In this document: positions 49,346-61,350 of the stretch, in pieces
Numbering within the stretch: position 1 is the first letter of the stretch
Layout: each line of letters opens with the position of its first letter
DNA from: an uncultured delta proteobacterium
GTDB taxonomy: Bacteria; Desulfobacterota; Deferrimicrobia; Deferrimicrobiales; Deferrimicrobiaceae
Assembly (NCBI GenBank): GCA_963811025.1
Contig: CAWEPX010000003.1
Span: 115,190-179,189 of the forward strand
Length of the DNA: 64,000 nt
Reading direction: 5' to 3'
The notes under the pieces: generated by a model
The model's database searches: none
Told to the model about the DNA's origin: nothing
What the model saw: only the letters and a program-made list of their open reading frames with translations
Made by a program: the position numbers and the translations under genes

Positions 49346-51514
49346 GTGATGAAGACGCAGGTGAAACGAAAAGATGAGTTCTCGCTGCGCATAGTCAAAG
49401 CTTTTATCGAGGATGAGGGCAAGGGCCTTGCCCGCGTGGATGAGGATGTCATGAAGAGTCTGGGGGCCGTCCCCGGCGACGCTGTCATGATTACCGGCCG
49501 CCGGTCCACAGTCGCCCGCATTGCCCAGACCACCGCTAATTACTCCGGACAGAACCTGATTCAGGTAGACGGCATCACGAGGGACAATGCCCAGGTATCG
49601 GTGGACGAATGGTGCACCATCCAGAAGGTCCCGTTCAAGCAGGCCGACACCTTGATCCTCACCCCTGCCGATCCCCGCAGGCCGATCCCCAAAGATGCCG
49701 AGATCCGTCATATCATTCAACTTCTGGCAGGAATCCATGTGGTCATCGGAGACAAGGTCCAGATCGCACTCTTCGGAACCACGCCGCAGTTCTTCATCGT
49801 GGAAGGAGCGAGCCCGAGAGGGGCCCTCCGGATCACTCCCCATACGACGATAACCTTCCGGGCTTCCGATTATTCCTATGAAAAGGCATTCCGGGCAACT
49901 TACGAGGATATCGGGGGGCTGGAACACGAGCTTCGCAGTGTTCGGGAGATGATCGAGCTTCCCCTGAAGTTCCCCGAACTCTTCACCACGCTCGGGATCG
50001 ATCCCCCGCGGGGGGTTCTCCTTTCCGGACCTCCGGGAACGGGAAAGACCCTCATCGCAAGAGCCATTTCCAACGAGGTCCGGGCCCATTTCATCCACGT
50101 CAACGGCCCCGAAGTCATCCACAAGTTCTACGGGGAGAGCGAGGCGAAGCTCAGGATGGTCTTCGAGGAGGCCCGCAAGAACGCTCCCAGCATCATTTTC
50201 CTCGATGAGATGGACGCTCTCGCACCGAGGAGGGCGCATGTCGTCGGGGATGTGGAAAAGCGGGTGGTGGCGCAGCTTCTCGCCCTGATGGATGGGCTCG
50301 TCGCCCGGGGAGAGATCGTGATCATCGGCGCCACGAACATGCCGGAACTGGTCGATCCGGCTCTTCGCCGTCCCGGACGTTTCGACCGCGAAATCACCAT
50401 CGGCGTCCCGAACCGGGCGGATCGCCTCCAGATCCTGAAAATCCATTCCCGCAAGATGCCGCTCGCGGCGGATGTGGACCTGGTTCGTCTGGCGGAAATC
50501 ACCCATGGGTACGTCGGGGCGGACCTTGCCGCCCTCTGCTCGGAGGCAGGCATGGCGACGCTGCGTCGCATCATGCCCGGGATCAAATTCGAAGTGGATG
50601 CGAAGCCCAGCCTGCCAGATGATGCGATGGTCGAGGTTACCGCGGAAGATTTTCTGACCGCGTTCAAGTCGGTCGAGCCCACATCGACCCGGGAGTTCAT
50701 GAGCGAGAGGCCTCGCGTCTCCTTCAAGGATGTGGGGGGATCGCATGAGATAAAGCAGAAACTCCTGTCCCTCATCCGGCTTCCCTTGCTCGGTCTGCCC
50801 GTCTTCTCCCAATCCCGCGTGGGCCCCCCCAAGGGCGTTCTCTTCACCGGCGCCTCCGGTACGGGGAAAACCCTTATGGCAAGGGCTCTTGCAGGGGAGA
50901 CGGGAATGACCCTCATCTCCGTCGATCCTCCCACCCTTCTGTCGAAGTGGGTGGGGGAATCGGAAAAGGGCTTGCGGGAGGTCTTCAAGCGGGCCAAACA
51001 GGTATCCCCGTGCATCGTGCTCATCGACGAGGTCGAAGCCATCGCCCCGTCCCGGACCGCGGAAGATTCCGGCCGTATCTCCCAGAGGATCGTCAGCCAG
51101 CTCTTCCGGGAGCTCGATGATCTCCAGAGCTCATTGGGGATCGTGGTCATCGCCACCACCAATCGCGTGGATCTGATGGAGCCGGCGCTGCTCAGGTCCG
51201 GGCGCTTCGATTACGCCATCGAATTTTCTCTTCCCGACAGAGAGGACAGGATCGAGATACTGAATATATTCATGCAGAAGCTTCCTTTGGATAACCGGAT
51301 CGACATCGAAATCCTCGCCGACATGAGCGAAGGGTGGACGGGGGCGGATATCGAGGCCATGTGCAAGAAGGCGGTCCTGCTGGCGATGGAAGAGTGCCTG
51401 CAAAAAGACGAGCGGCCCGATTTTTCACGTTGCAAGATCACCTCGCGGCATTTCGAGCAGGCAATCGAACTGGGGACCTCCGCGACGGTCCATTCCGGGG
51501 CGACGAGGCACTGA
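49346..51514 (+). CDS. CDC48/VCP-like AAA+ ATPase (N-domain plus two AAA modules)
   Basis: Two Walker A motifs (GPPGTGKTL, GASGTGKTL) and two second-region-of-homology segments. N-terminal CDC48_N-like domain. 722 aa. Confidence 0.85.
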   Translation: MMKTQVKRKDEFSLRIVKAFIEDEGKGLARVDEDVMKSLGAVPGDAVMITGRRSTVARIAQTTANYSGQNLIQVDGITRDNAQVSVDEWCTIQKVPFKQADTLILTPADPRRPIPKDAEIRHIIQLLAGIHVVIGDKVQIALFGTTPQFFIVEGASPRGALRITPHTTITFRASDYSYEKAFRATYEDIGGLEHELRSVREMIELPLKFPELFTTLGIDPPRGVLLSGPPGTGKTLIARAISNEVRAHFIHVNGPEVIHKFYGESEAKLRMVFEEARKNAPSIIFLDEMDALAPRRAHVVGDVEKRVVAQLLALMDGLVARGEIVIIGATNMPELVDPALRRPGRFDREITIGVPNRADRLQILKIHSRKMPLAADVDLVRLAEITHGYVGADLAALCSEAGMATLRRIMPGIKFEVDAKPSLPDDAMVEVTAEDFLTAFKSVEPTSTREFMSERPRVSFKDVGGSHEIKQKLLSLIRLPLLGLPVFSQSRVGPPKGVLFTGASGTGKTLMARALAGETGMTLISVDPPTLLSKWVGESEKGLREVFKRAKQVSPCIVLIDEVEAIAPSRTAEDSGRISQRIVSQLFRELDDLQSSLGIVVIATTNRVDLMEPALLRSGRFDYAIEFSLPDREDRIEILNIFMQKLPLDNRIDIEILADMSEGWTGADIEAMCKKAVLLAMEECLQKDERPDFSRCKITSRHFEQAIELGTSATVHSGATRH

Positions 51515-51540
51515 ATCCTCGAGTGGTATCGGGGGGGAGA

Positions 51541-52278
51541 GTGCGGGAAAAACTGAAATTGTTCAAGCCGGTCAAAAAAACCAGGGTCTACGAGGAAATC
51601 GTTGTCAAGGTCAAGGAGATGATCGAGCAGGGCAAGCTCAAATCGGGAGACCAGCTACCCGGGGAACGGGAGCTTTCCGATGTGTTCCGCGTGAGCCGGT
51701 CCTCCGTTCGGGAAGCGCTCCGTTCCCTGGAGAGCAAGGGATATCTCGAAAGCCGTCAGGGCGACGGGACGTACATCGCCAGTCAGTCCGTGGAGTCCCT
51801 GGTCAGCACCCTGGCTTCCGTCATCTCTTCGGAGAAGGACAGCCAGATGGAACTTTTCGAGATGCGCCGGCTGATCGAACCCCAGCTTGCCTACCTCGCC
51901 GCGGAACGGGCCACCGAGGAGGAGATCGCCCAGATGGAGGAAGCCCTGGTCCTGCAGGAAGAGGCGATCGCCAGAGGGGAAACGGGAACGGAGGTTGACA
52001 AGGCGTTTCATTACATCATGGCAAACGCAACGAAAAACAAGGTTCTTCTCCGCCTGGCCGACCACATGAGGGATCTCCTGGCGGAAAGTCGGGACAAGTA
52101 CCTTCAGGTGGAGGGAAGACCGGATAAGTCCATAGCGCGTCACAGACAGGTGCTAGACGCGATCAAGGCGAGGGACGCAGATCTCGCCGCGCAAGTCATG
52201 CGCGACCACGTGCAAGATATCGAGAACTGTCTGTTCGCGGGAAATTATCACAAAGAAAGGGGGGATGCCCCGGCGTAG
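51541..52278 (+). CDS. GntR-family transcriptional regulator (FadR/FCD subfamily)
   Basis: N-terminal wHTH (GDQLPGERELSDVFRVSRSSVREALRSLESKGYL) and a helical FCD domain. GTG start. Confidence 0.75.
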   Translation: MREKLKLFKPVKKTRVYEEIVVKVKEMIEQGKLKSGDQLPGERELSDVFRVSRSSVREALRSLESKGYLESRQGDGTYIASQSVESLVSTLASVISSEKDSQMELFEMRRLIEPQLAYLAAERATEEEIAQMEEALVLQEEAIARGETGTEVDKAFHYIMANATKNKVLLRLADHMRDLLAESRDKYLQVEGRPDKSIARHRQVLDAIKARDADLAAQVMRDHVQDIENCLFAGNYHKERGDAPA

Positions 52279-52371
52279 ACGGGAAAGGGGGCGGTTTCGG
52301 GAAGCCGTTCATCATTTGCAAGGCAGTGATCGGACAGTCGCTTTGAGTAGAAAAAAAGGAGGAAAGACACG

Positions 52372-53013
52372 ATGTCTAATGTCGCAACAGCAAAAGCTGC
52401 TCAAGACCTATACGAAATCACAATCTGGTGCAGTGGAGTTACCCAGGACATGGAAGGAAGGCACCTGTCGCTCCTGCTCGCCAACGCCGCGAGCAAGGAC
52501 GGCAAGCACACCCAGGCATGGGACAACTACGCGGACCTGCCGGACCGGGTCGGCGTTCCCCTGCGGAAGTACACGCGCATCTGCGACGAAGAGATCGAGA
52601 TGCGGTACCTCTATGAGAATGCCACGCCGAACATGTCCATCGTCATGAACGACGCGATCGTCAAGGGGATCGACGTCCTGAGAGGCATGGAGAAGGGCGG
52701 GGTGCTCGTCGTCAACACCAAGAGGCCTGTGGACGAGATCCTGAAGCTCATTCCCAACAAGGATATCCTCAGCGCCATCGTAACCGTGGATGCCACCGGC
52801 ATCGCGGGCGGATCCGGACTGGAAAGCCTCGATTTCATGGGTTCGGAAGGCGGCGTGGAAGCTACCGCCGTCGGAGCCGGGCTGTCGGCGCCGCTGGTCG
52901 GCGCGGCCGCGAAGGTGTGCGACAAGTTGACACTGGAGAGCCTGGTCGCGGTTGCGGCGAACAAGGCCGGAGTGAAAGAGGGCAACAAGCAGGCAGTAGT
53001 AAAAACTCTATAA
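52372..53013 (+). CDS. porG: 2-oxoacid:ferredoxin oxidoreductase gamma subunit
   Basis: 213 aa. POR gamma fold (NTKRPVDEIL...). Strong AAAGGAGGA RBS. Confidence 0.8.
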   Translation: MSNVATAKAAQDLYEITIWCSGVTQDMEGRHLSLLLANAASKDGKHTQAWDNYADLPDRVGVPLRKYTRICDEEIEMRYLYENATPNMSIVMNDAIVKGIDVLRGMEKGGVLVVNTKRPVDEILKLIPNKDILSAIVTVDATGIAGGSGLESLDFMGSEGGVEATAVGAGLSAPLVGAAAKVCDKLTLESLVAVAANKAGVKEGNKQAVVKTL

Positions 53014-53033
53014 GTCACTGGAAGGAGAAGGTT

Positions 53034-53381
53034 ATGAGCAAAAAGTACAACGAAAACTTCAATATTCCGAAGCACCTCGAGGTCCCCATGGGCGCGGTTA
53101 TCCCGGCGCCGGTGAAGGAACAGCCGGCGATGAAGACCGGCAACTGGCGGACCGAGCGTCCCGTCATCGATCACGAGAAGTGCACGCTGTGTCTGAACTG
53201 CTTCGCGTACTGCCCGGACTCGAGCTGGCATCTGGACGACAAGGGCGAGCGGATGGTCTGGGATCCGATCTACTGCAAGGGCTGCCGGATCTGCGTCGAG
53301 GTCTGCCCGGCCGACGCTCTTCGCAACGAAAACGAGCTGGATTTCAAAGGCGGCGTGGCCCGTCTGGATAAACCCTACTAG
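53034..53381 (+). CDS. porD: 2-oxoacid:ferredoxin oxidoreductase delta subunit (2x[4Fe-4S] ferredoxin)
   Basis: CTLCLNCFAYCP and CKGCRICVEVCP clusters. 115 aa. Confidence 0.85.
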   Translation: MSKKYNENFNIPKHLEVPMGAVIPAPVKEQPAMKTGNWRTERPVIDHEKCTLCLNCFAYCPDSSWHLDDKGERMVWDPIYCKGCRICVEVCPADALRNENELDFKGGVARLDKPY

Positions 53382-53403
53382 AGATAAAGAGGAGGAATTT
53401 CAA

Positions 53404-54598
53404 ATGGCAAAAGAAACAGTCATGGCGGGTTGTTCCGCCGCCGCACACGCCGCCAAGGCCGCGAGGGTCGAGGTGATCAGCTCCTACCCGATCCGTCCGT
53501 ACACCGGCATCATGATGGAGCTGTCGAAACTGGTCGCCAACGGGGACCTCGACGCCGAATTCGTGCACGGAGAGGGCGAGCATGCCCAGGTCTCCATCGC
53601 GTTGGGCGCTTCCGCCTCCGGGGCGAGGGCATATACCGGAAGCTCGGGCGTCGGCGTGACCTACGCCATGGAAGTCTACTCCCCGACCGCCGGCGGGCGC
53701 TATCCCCTTCAGATGTCGATCGCCGATCGCGCCCTGGATCCTCCCGGAGACTTCGGTTCCGAGCACACCGACGTCATGAGCGCCCGGGACCAGGGATGGA
53801 TCATGGGCTGGGCGGAGACGCCCCAGGAAGTCTTCGACAACACTCATCATGTATTACAAGATCGGCGAAGACTCGACGGTGATGCTGCCCCAGTTCTGCT
53901 GCCAGGACGGCTACTTCGTCTCCCACATCCCGGGCAAGGTGTCCATCCCGGAGCAGTCCCAGGTGGACGAGTTCCTGCCTGCCTACAAGCCGCACCTTCC
54001 GCTCGATCCGACGAGGCCGTCGTCTCACGGTCCCCAGATCTATCCCGACCAGGGATCGGCGATCGACATCCAGAGGGCGATAGCCATGATCAACACCCCG
54101 AAGGTGATCGAGAAAGCCGTTGCGGACTTCAACAAGCAGTTCGGCCGGAACTACAGCCCCTTCGTGGAAGAGTACAAGTGCGACGACGCCGACTTCGTCT
54201 TCTTCCTCCAGGGCGCCCATTGCCGGACCGCCCGGTATGCCGTAGACCACCTCCGGAAGCAGGGGGCCAAGGTCGGAATGGTGAAGCTGCGCTTCGTGCG
54301 TCCCTTCCCCACCGAAGCGGTCGCGGAGAGCCTCAAGAAGTTCAAGGCGGTGGGAACCATCGAGACCAGCACTTCCTACGGCGGGGCCATGAAGGGCGGA
54401 AACCTCATTCACGAGGTCCGGTCGGCCTGCTACGATCTGCCCAAGGGACCCGCGATCACATCGTTCATGGCCGGACTCGGAGGGGAAGTGGTTACCCTGG
54501 AAGAGTTCTACAAGATGGCGAAGATCCTCGCCGAGGCGGCAAAGAAGGGAGCGATCGATCAGTACGTCTACTGGGTGAATTTCGACAAAGGGATATAG
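53404..54598 (+). CDS. porA: 2-oxoacid:ferredoxin oxidoreductase alpha subunit (apparent +1 insertion near 53842)
   Basis: Frame A reads MAKETVMAGCSAAAHAAKAARVEVISSYPIRP... to ...EVFDN. Frame B continues ...LIMYYKIGEDSTVMLPQFCCQDGYFVSH... to the end. Confidence 0.75.
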
Positions 54599-54663
54599 AT
54601 AACGATAAAACTATTTCGCTTGTCAGAATGGAACATTACCGCTGATAAGCATACAAGGAGTGA

Positions 54664-55650
<987 letters not shown>

Positions 55651-55925
55651 TGAATCGGGCATAAACGTGTATCGTTTTTCCCGCTTGCGAAACATGTGAA
55701 CGGAAGCAAGTGGGTTTGAATGAAAGCGAGGGAAACGTCGTTTCCTGTTGAAGGTCCCTGGGTACCGGCAGCGCTCCCGAGAAATGTCCCCCGGAGAGCG
55801 TTGCCGGACCTGAGGGGAATCCTGGCAACCACATAGGAGGAGGGAGGTGGGGAAAAGAGGGGTTGGAAGCTGCTAGAGGTGGCTGTAGGGGGCACATGGT
55901 CTGCAATCTTCCTAATGGAGGTGTG

Positions 55926-56906
55926 ATGACTATGCGTGTTCTAAGATTCCGGTTCGCCGTTCCGTTACTGCTTTCGGTCGCGTTAATCTTCTGCTTCGTG
56001 GACATGGCAGCGGCCGCATGGCCGGACAAACCTGTTGAATTCACGATCTCCGCAGGTGTGGGGGGCGGGGCGGACAAATACGCCCGGTTCCTGGTCGGCC
56101 TCAACGTAAAGAACCACTACATTTCCCAGCCGATTATTCCCGTCAACAAGCCGGGCGGGGCCGGGGCCGTGGCTATGCAGTCGGTGTTGAGCCAGAAGGG
56201 CAACGGGTACCAGATGCTCATCACCCTGAACAGCTTCATCACCACCCCCCTGTTCCAGAATCTGCCCTTCACGTACCGTGACTTTACCCCCATCGCACTC
56301 TTGGCCCTGGACAACTTCCCCCTCTGGGTCAAAAAGGACGCCCCGTGGAAAACGGCGATGGACTTCATAAATGACGCCAAGAAACGGACCATCATCGTCG
56401 GAGGGACGGGATCCAAGCAGGAAGATGAGATCGTCTTCCGTGCCATCCAGAAGATCATGGAAACCAAACCGTTCAAATATGTTCCCTTCAAGGGCGGCGG
56501 CGCCGTGGCCAAGGCACTGGTGGGCGGGCATGTCGAAGCCACCGTGAACCAGGTCAGCGAGGCGGGCCCCTTCTTCCCGGATTATTTGCGTCCCCTTTGT
56601 GTCTTCCAGGAAAAGCGGCTGGATATTCCGGGCTACGAGGATGTCCCCACCGGCAAGGAAGCGGGGATCGATTTCAACTACAACATGATGCGGGCGATCT
56701 TCGCTCCTCCGGCCATCTCCAAGGAGGCCCAGGACGGACTGGTGGGGCTGTTCAAGAAGATCTCCGATGGACAAGGACTGGGTAGCGTTCGCCAAGAAAA
56801 CCGGTCTGCAGAGGGATTTCATCACCGGCGACGCACTGATGAATTTCTGCGCGCAGTACGAGAAAAAGCACATCGAGATCATGAAGGCGCAAGGCTGGAT
56901 CAAGTA
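55926..56906 (+). CDS. tctC: tripartite tricarboxylate transporter substrate-binding protein TctC (frameshift near 56775)
   Basis: Bug/TctC family (signal peptide; GGGADKYARFL...). The conserved C-terminus ...KDWVAFAKKTGLQRDFITGDALMNFCAQYEKKHIEIMKAQGWIK is in the alternate frame. Confidence 0.7.
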
Positions 56907-57016
56907 ACCCGTTACATCGAGGGAGGGACTGTTTTTTAACGGCAATTCGAACGGGGGGTGTAGGGTCGAGTAAAACACCTTGCACCCCCCTTTACAAACC
57001 ACCTTGGGAGGCTGAA

Positions 57017-57487
57017 TTGAAAAGAGGTGAGTTGATCGTTGGGGCGGCATTTATCCTCCTTGCTGTCATCGTGATTGGCGACATGTACCGGATCGGCTCC
57101 GGATGGACGGAATCTGGCCCCGACGCGGGGTTTGTCCCCTTCTGGGAAGGCGTGCTCATGCTGGTCTCCGCCATTATCATATTTGTCGGCGGATTGAAGG
57201 AAAAAGGCGGCGAAAACTTCTTCGTCAGCAAAGAGGGATTCTGGGAGGCGGTCCGGATAACCTTCACGTCGGTCCTCCTGACCGTCGGGTTCATCTTCCT
57301 GGGAGCATACTTCTCCACATTTCTCTACTCCATCCTGTTCGCCCGCTGGCTGGGAAAGCATCGCTGGGTTTCATGCATTGCCTTTGCCGTCATTATCACC
57401 GCGTTCATTTTCTTCGGCATGGAGAAGGGATTGAAGATCACTTTGCCCAAGAGCCCGCTTTACGCGAGAGATTTGTTTATTTTCTAG
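57017..57487 (+). CDS. tctB: tripartite tricarboxylate transporter small membrane protein TctB
   Basis: 4 TM, 156 aa, between tctC and tctA. TTG start. Confidence 0.7.
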   Translation: MKRGELIVGAAFILLAVIVIGDMYRIGSGWTESGPDAGFVPFWEGVLMLVSAIIIFVGGLKEKGGENFFVSKEGFWEAVRITFTSVLLTVGFIFLGAYFSTFLYSILFARWLGKHRWVSCIAFAVIITAFIFFGMEKGLKITLPKSPLYARDLFIF

Positions 57488-57661
57488 GGAAAAAGAGTGG
57501 AAACGGGATTGCGCGATGAGCGGGGTTGTTCCGTTCATCTGCCTCCCGTTAACTTGATCAATACGGATTGTTAATAAAGATGTATTGCCACATCAGCGTG
57601 GAGGCGTTTCAAAGGTTCGGACATGCCGTTTGCTAGAACACCATAGGAACGGGAGGCATAG

Positions 57662-59185
57662 ATGGAAACCTTGGCTCACCTAATGACGGGATTCGGGGTG
57701 GCACTCCAGCCCTTCTCTTTGCTGATGATGACCCTCGGGCTTCTTCTGGGTCTTGCGGTCGGCGTTTTGCCGGGGCTGGGCGGTACGGCGGGTGTGGCTC
57801 TGCTGTTGCCCCTCACCGTCCTCGTTGCCCCTGAGGTTGCGATCATCTTCCTGGCCGCCATTTACTGGGGGGCCCTCTTCGGAGGGGTGATCACATCCGT
57901 GCTGTTCGCCATCCCGGGGGAACCGTGGTCGGTGGCGCTCATCTTCGACGGGTACCCGATGTCGAAACAGGGGAAATCGGGGCTGGCGCTGGCGACCTCC
58001 TTTCTCGCTTCCTTCGTCGGGATCATCATCGCGGCCGTCTTTTTCGTGGCCGCCGCGCTGCCCCTGGCCCTCCTTGCTCTTCGTTTCGGTCCCCCGGAGA
58101 TGTTCGCGATCATGATGCTGGCCTTCAGCACCTTCGTGGGGCTGGGAACCGGCAAGCCCTCGAAGACCCTGGTGAGCACCTCCTTCGGGCTGCTCCTGAC
58201 GGCGGTGGGCCTGGATATCGTCACGGGCAAGCCCCGGTTGAACTTCGGATCGATCACCTGGCTCAGCGGCTTCCATTTCGTTCCGATAACCATCGGCATG
58301 TTCGGTCTGGGGGAGATCCTGATCGACGGCGAGGACCGGTTCTCCACGGTGATCCGGGAGAAAGTAATCGCCAAGGTAGGCTGGAAAGACGTCAGGGAAG
58401 CATGGAGCGAGATCTGGAAGTTCTTCCCACAGACGATTGCCGCCTCCGTCATGGGCTTCTTCGTAGGGGTTCTCCCCGGGACGGGGGCGACGCCCGCCTC
58501 CTTCCTCGGCTACGGCCTTGCCAAACAGTACTCCAAGGATCCGGACAAGTACGGCAAAGGGGCAATCGAAGGGATCATCGCTCCCCAGGCGGCCGCCAAC
58601 GCGGCGGGTACCGGCTCCCTGCTCCCCATGATCACCCTGGGCATCCCCGGCTCCCCGACCGCGGCCGTCCTTCTGGCGGGCCTCTACATGTGGGGCCTGT
58701 GGCCCGGTCCGAGGCTCTTCCTGGAGCAGCCGGTCTTCGTCTGGGGACTTATCGCCAGTCTCTTCCTGGCCGGCTTTGTCTGCCTGATCATCTGCCTCGT
58801 CGGCACGCCGATGCTGGCCTCCATCATGAAGGTGCCCTGGGGTATCCTCACCCCGATCATCGTGGTCGCCTGCTTCGTCGGCAGCTTCGTGATGCGCAAT
58901 CTCATGTTCGACGTCTGGTGCACGCTCATCTTCGGGGTGATCGGGTACATCATGAAGAAGCTCAAATACCCGCTTGCTCCGCTGGCCGTGGCCCTCGTGC
59001 TCGGTGACATGACGGAGCGGTTCCTCCGGCAGTCCCTGATCCTGAGCGACGGATCGTTTGGCATCTTCTTCACCCGTCCCATCGCGGCCGTATGCTCGTC
59101 GTTCGCCCTTCTCCTTTTCCTGCTCCCGGTCGTCAAGATCATCCGGGGGAAGAAAAAGGCCAAGGCTACCATCGGACCGGGATGA
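57662..59185 (+). CDS. tctA: tripartite tricarboxylate transporter large permease TctA
   Basis: 507 aa polytopic. Conserved GxxxGxLPGxG motifs (LGLAVGVLPGLGGTAGVAL; FFVGVLPGTGATPASF). Confidence 0.85.
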   Translation: METLAHLMTGFGVALQPFSLLMMTLGLLLGLAVGVLPGLGGTAGVALLLPLTVLVAPEVAIIFLAAIYWGALFGGVITSVLFAIPGEPWSVALIFDGYPMSKQGKSGLALATSFLASFVGIIIAAVFFVAAALPLALLALRFGPPEMFAIMMLAFSTFVGLGTGKPSKTLVSTSFGLLLTAVGLDIVTGKPRLNFGSITWLSGFHFVPITIGMFGLGEILIDGEDRFSTVIREKVIAKVGWKDVREAWSEIWKFFPQTIAASVMGFFVGVLPGTGATPASFLGYGLAKQYSKDPDKYGKGAIEGIIAPQAAANAAGTGSLLPMITLGIPGSPTAAVLLAGLYMWGLWPGPRLFLEQPVFVWGLIASLFLAGFVCLIICLVGTPMLASIMKVPWGILTPIIVVACFVGSFVMRNLMFDVWCTLIFGVIGYIMKKLKYPLAPLAVALVLGDMTERFLRQSLILSDGSFGIFFTRPIAAVCSSFALLLFLLPVVKIIRGKKKAKATIGPG

Positions 59186-59428
59186 TCGATTTGTGGAAAT
59201 GCGCGGGGGGGATCCCCTTCCAAAGGGATCCCCCCGTTATTGCGATATGATGGATCAATAGGTAATGGGAACCCGGCAATCCTGCAAGCGGATAGAGAAG
59301 CTGTTGATATTCATGAAGAATACGACCGTGACCACCCACCGGGGAAATGTCATCTTGGAGAAGCGGCCTGGGTCGGCCATTTCCTTTAGCGGTCCCTGCA
59401 GCCGTTCTTTCCTGCGTGTGGCCTCGCC

Positions 59429-60370
59429 ATGACGCCAAACCGTAAAATCCTGATTACCGGCGGTGCCGGTTCGTGCGGCAGATACCTGGTCGCCTCGCTC
59501 CTCGCACAGGGGCATGAGGTGCGGGTGATCGACAAGGATATGGGTTCCCTTCCATCCATCGAGGACAGGAGGTTGACCCTTATCCGCGCGGGGGTCGAGG
59601 ACAGGGATGTCCTGAAATCCGCTGTCGAAGGCGTGGACGCCGTCCTCCATTTGGCCTGGTCCTTCTCCGAGGATCCCCTCACGGTGCTGGAGCACGACCT
59701 GAAAGGCCATATCTACCTCCTGGAGGAGATGGCCTCGCAAAAGGTCAGGCACCTGATCTATACGAGCACGGCGGTGGTATACGGAAAGCCCCGGTATTCC
59801 CCCATCGATGAAAAGCATCCCCTGCTGGGGGAAGAGGCGAGAAAACCCCTCTACGGGATCGCCAAGGCGGCTGCCGAAAAACTCTGCCTCATGTACGGGA
59901 AGACAAAGGGACCGCCGGCTACCGTCATCCGGTTCTGGTGGGCCTACGGGGAGGAGATCGGCGGGAAGCACCTGCGGGAGATGCTTCGGATCGCCTCGGC
60001 AGGGGATCCCCTGACGGTTCCCGCCGATTCCGGAGGGAGTTTCCTCCACATGGCGGATCTGGCAAAGGGACTGGAGCGATGCCTCTTCCGTCCCGAGGCA
60101 TTCGGGCAGACGTTCAATTTCTCTACCGTCTACGTCACGTGGGAAGAGGTGGCGGAAATGGCCCGGGATGCGACCGGTTCCCGCTCCGAGATCCGTTGCA
60201 TTCCGCGCGAAGAGTGGACGGGAAGCGCCTTCCTGGCCGACCCCTGGGAGCTGTCCGACGTCTCGGCCCGAGAACGGTTGGGATACGATCCCATGGAGGC
60301 TTCCCGGGCGAAGGCATCCCTTAAGAAGGCGATCGGAAACTGCTGGGAGGCGATGCGCAGGATAGCGTAA
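59429..60370 (+). CDS. NAD-dependent epimerase/dehydratase family protein
   Basis: ILITGGAGSCGRYL Rossmann motif; YxxxK (YGIAKAAAEKL). Confidence 0.8.
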   Translation: MTPNRKILITGGAGSCGRYLVASLLAQGHEVRVIDKDMGSLPSIEDRRLTLIRAGVEDRDVLKSAVEGVDAVLHLAWSFSEDPLTVLEHDLKGHIYLLEEMASQKVRHLIYTSTAVVYGKPRYSPIDEKHPLLGEEARKPLYGIAKAAAEKLCLMYGKTKGPPATVIRFWWAYGEEIGGKHLREMLRIASAGDPLTVPADSGGSFLHMADLAKGLERCLFRPEAFGQTFNFSTVYVTWEEVAEMARDATGSRSEIRCIPREEWTGSAFLADPWELSDVSARERLGYDPMEASRAKASLKKAIGNCWEAMRRIA

Positions 60371-60432
60371 TCGGCCGAACGCGACAGGATCGACAAAAAA
60401 GAAAGCGTCTTCAAGGAGCACGGAGGGATTAA

Positions 60433-61179
60433 ATGATCGATTTGGGCTGGTTCGGGTACATCGCATGGGATGCGGCATTCTTCTCCGCGCTGATGAGCAT
60501 CATCGTGATCAACCTGATCCTGTCGGGCGACAATGCGGTCGTCATCGCGCTGGCCGTCAGGAATCTTCCCAAAAAGCAGAGGTTGTGGGGGATCATTCTC
60601 GGATCGGGGCTTGCGGTCCTGCTGCGGGTCGTCCTCACCTTTTTCGCGGCGAAACTGCTGTTGATCTCCTTCCTGAAGTTTTTCGGGGGAGCGTTGATCC
60701 TCTGGATCGCGGTGAAGCTTTTCACGTCGGGGCACGAAGACGAGAACATCGAGGCCGCGGCAGGCCTGTGGCAGGCCGTAAAGGTGATTCTCGTCGCCGA
60801 CCTGGTCATGAGCATCGACAACGTGCTGGCGATCGCCGGCGCCTCGAAAGGGAACATGTTTCTCCTGCTCTTCGGACTGGGCACCAGCATTCCCCTGGTC
60901 GTGGGGACGAGCACGCTGCTGTCCATGCTGATGGACAAGTACCCGATCATCATCACCCTCGGCGCCGCCATTCTGGGCAAGGTCGGCGGCGAGATGATCA
61001 TCACGGACCCCTGGATCCACAAGACCTTCCATCCCGCGCACTGGATGGACTACGGGATGCAGGCCGTCTGTGCCGTCGGGGTCGTCCTGGTGGGGAAATA
61101 CCTGGTGAGAAGGAAGATCGCCCGGTCCGAAAATACGGTGGCAAAGAGCAAGCAGGTTCCCGTGAGCGAGAACGAGTAG
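60433..61179 (+). CDS. TerC-family integral membrane protein (copy 1)
   Basis: LSGDNAVVIALA and SIDNVLAIAG signature pair. 248 aa. Confidence 0.8.
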   Translation: MIDLGWFGYIAWDAAFFSALMSIIVINLILSGDNAVVIALAVRNLPKKQRLWGIILGSGLAVLLRVVLTFFAAKLLLISFLKFFGGALILWIAVKLFTSGHEDENIEAAAGLWQAVKVILVADLVMSIDNVLAIAGASKGNMFLLLFGLGTSIPLVVGTSTLLSMLMDKYPIIITLGAAILGKVGGEMIITDPWIHKTFHPAHWMDYGMQAVCAVGVVLVGKYLVRRKIARSENTVAKSKQVPVSENE

Positions 61180-61350
61180 GCGTGACAATCCTGACTCGCA
61201 ATAGTTATGAGGGGACTGCGGGGAGAAGCGGCTCGCATGCCGGAGGGGCCTGAATGAGCGTGCCTCTTCCCCCCGGAAACGGTTCGATCGTTCCTTGGCG
61301 GGGTTCGATTTGGAACACGGAGCCCGTATGGGCGATCACGGAGGCAGAGA

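Noticed and set aside
59255-60478. 407-aa minus-strand ORF
   Set aside because: Antisense to the conserved NAD-dependent epimerase gene at 59429-60370. Arg/Pro-rich composition.
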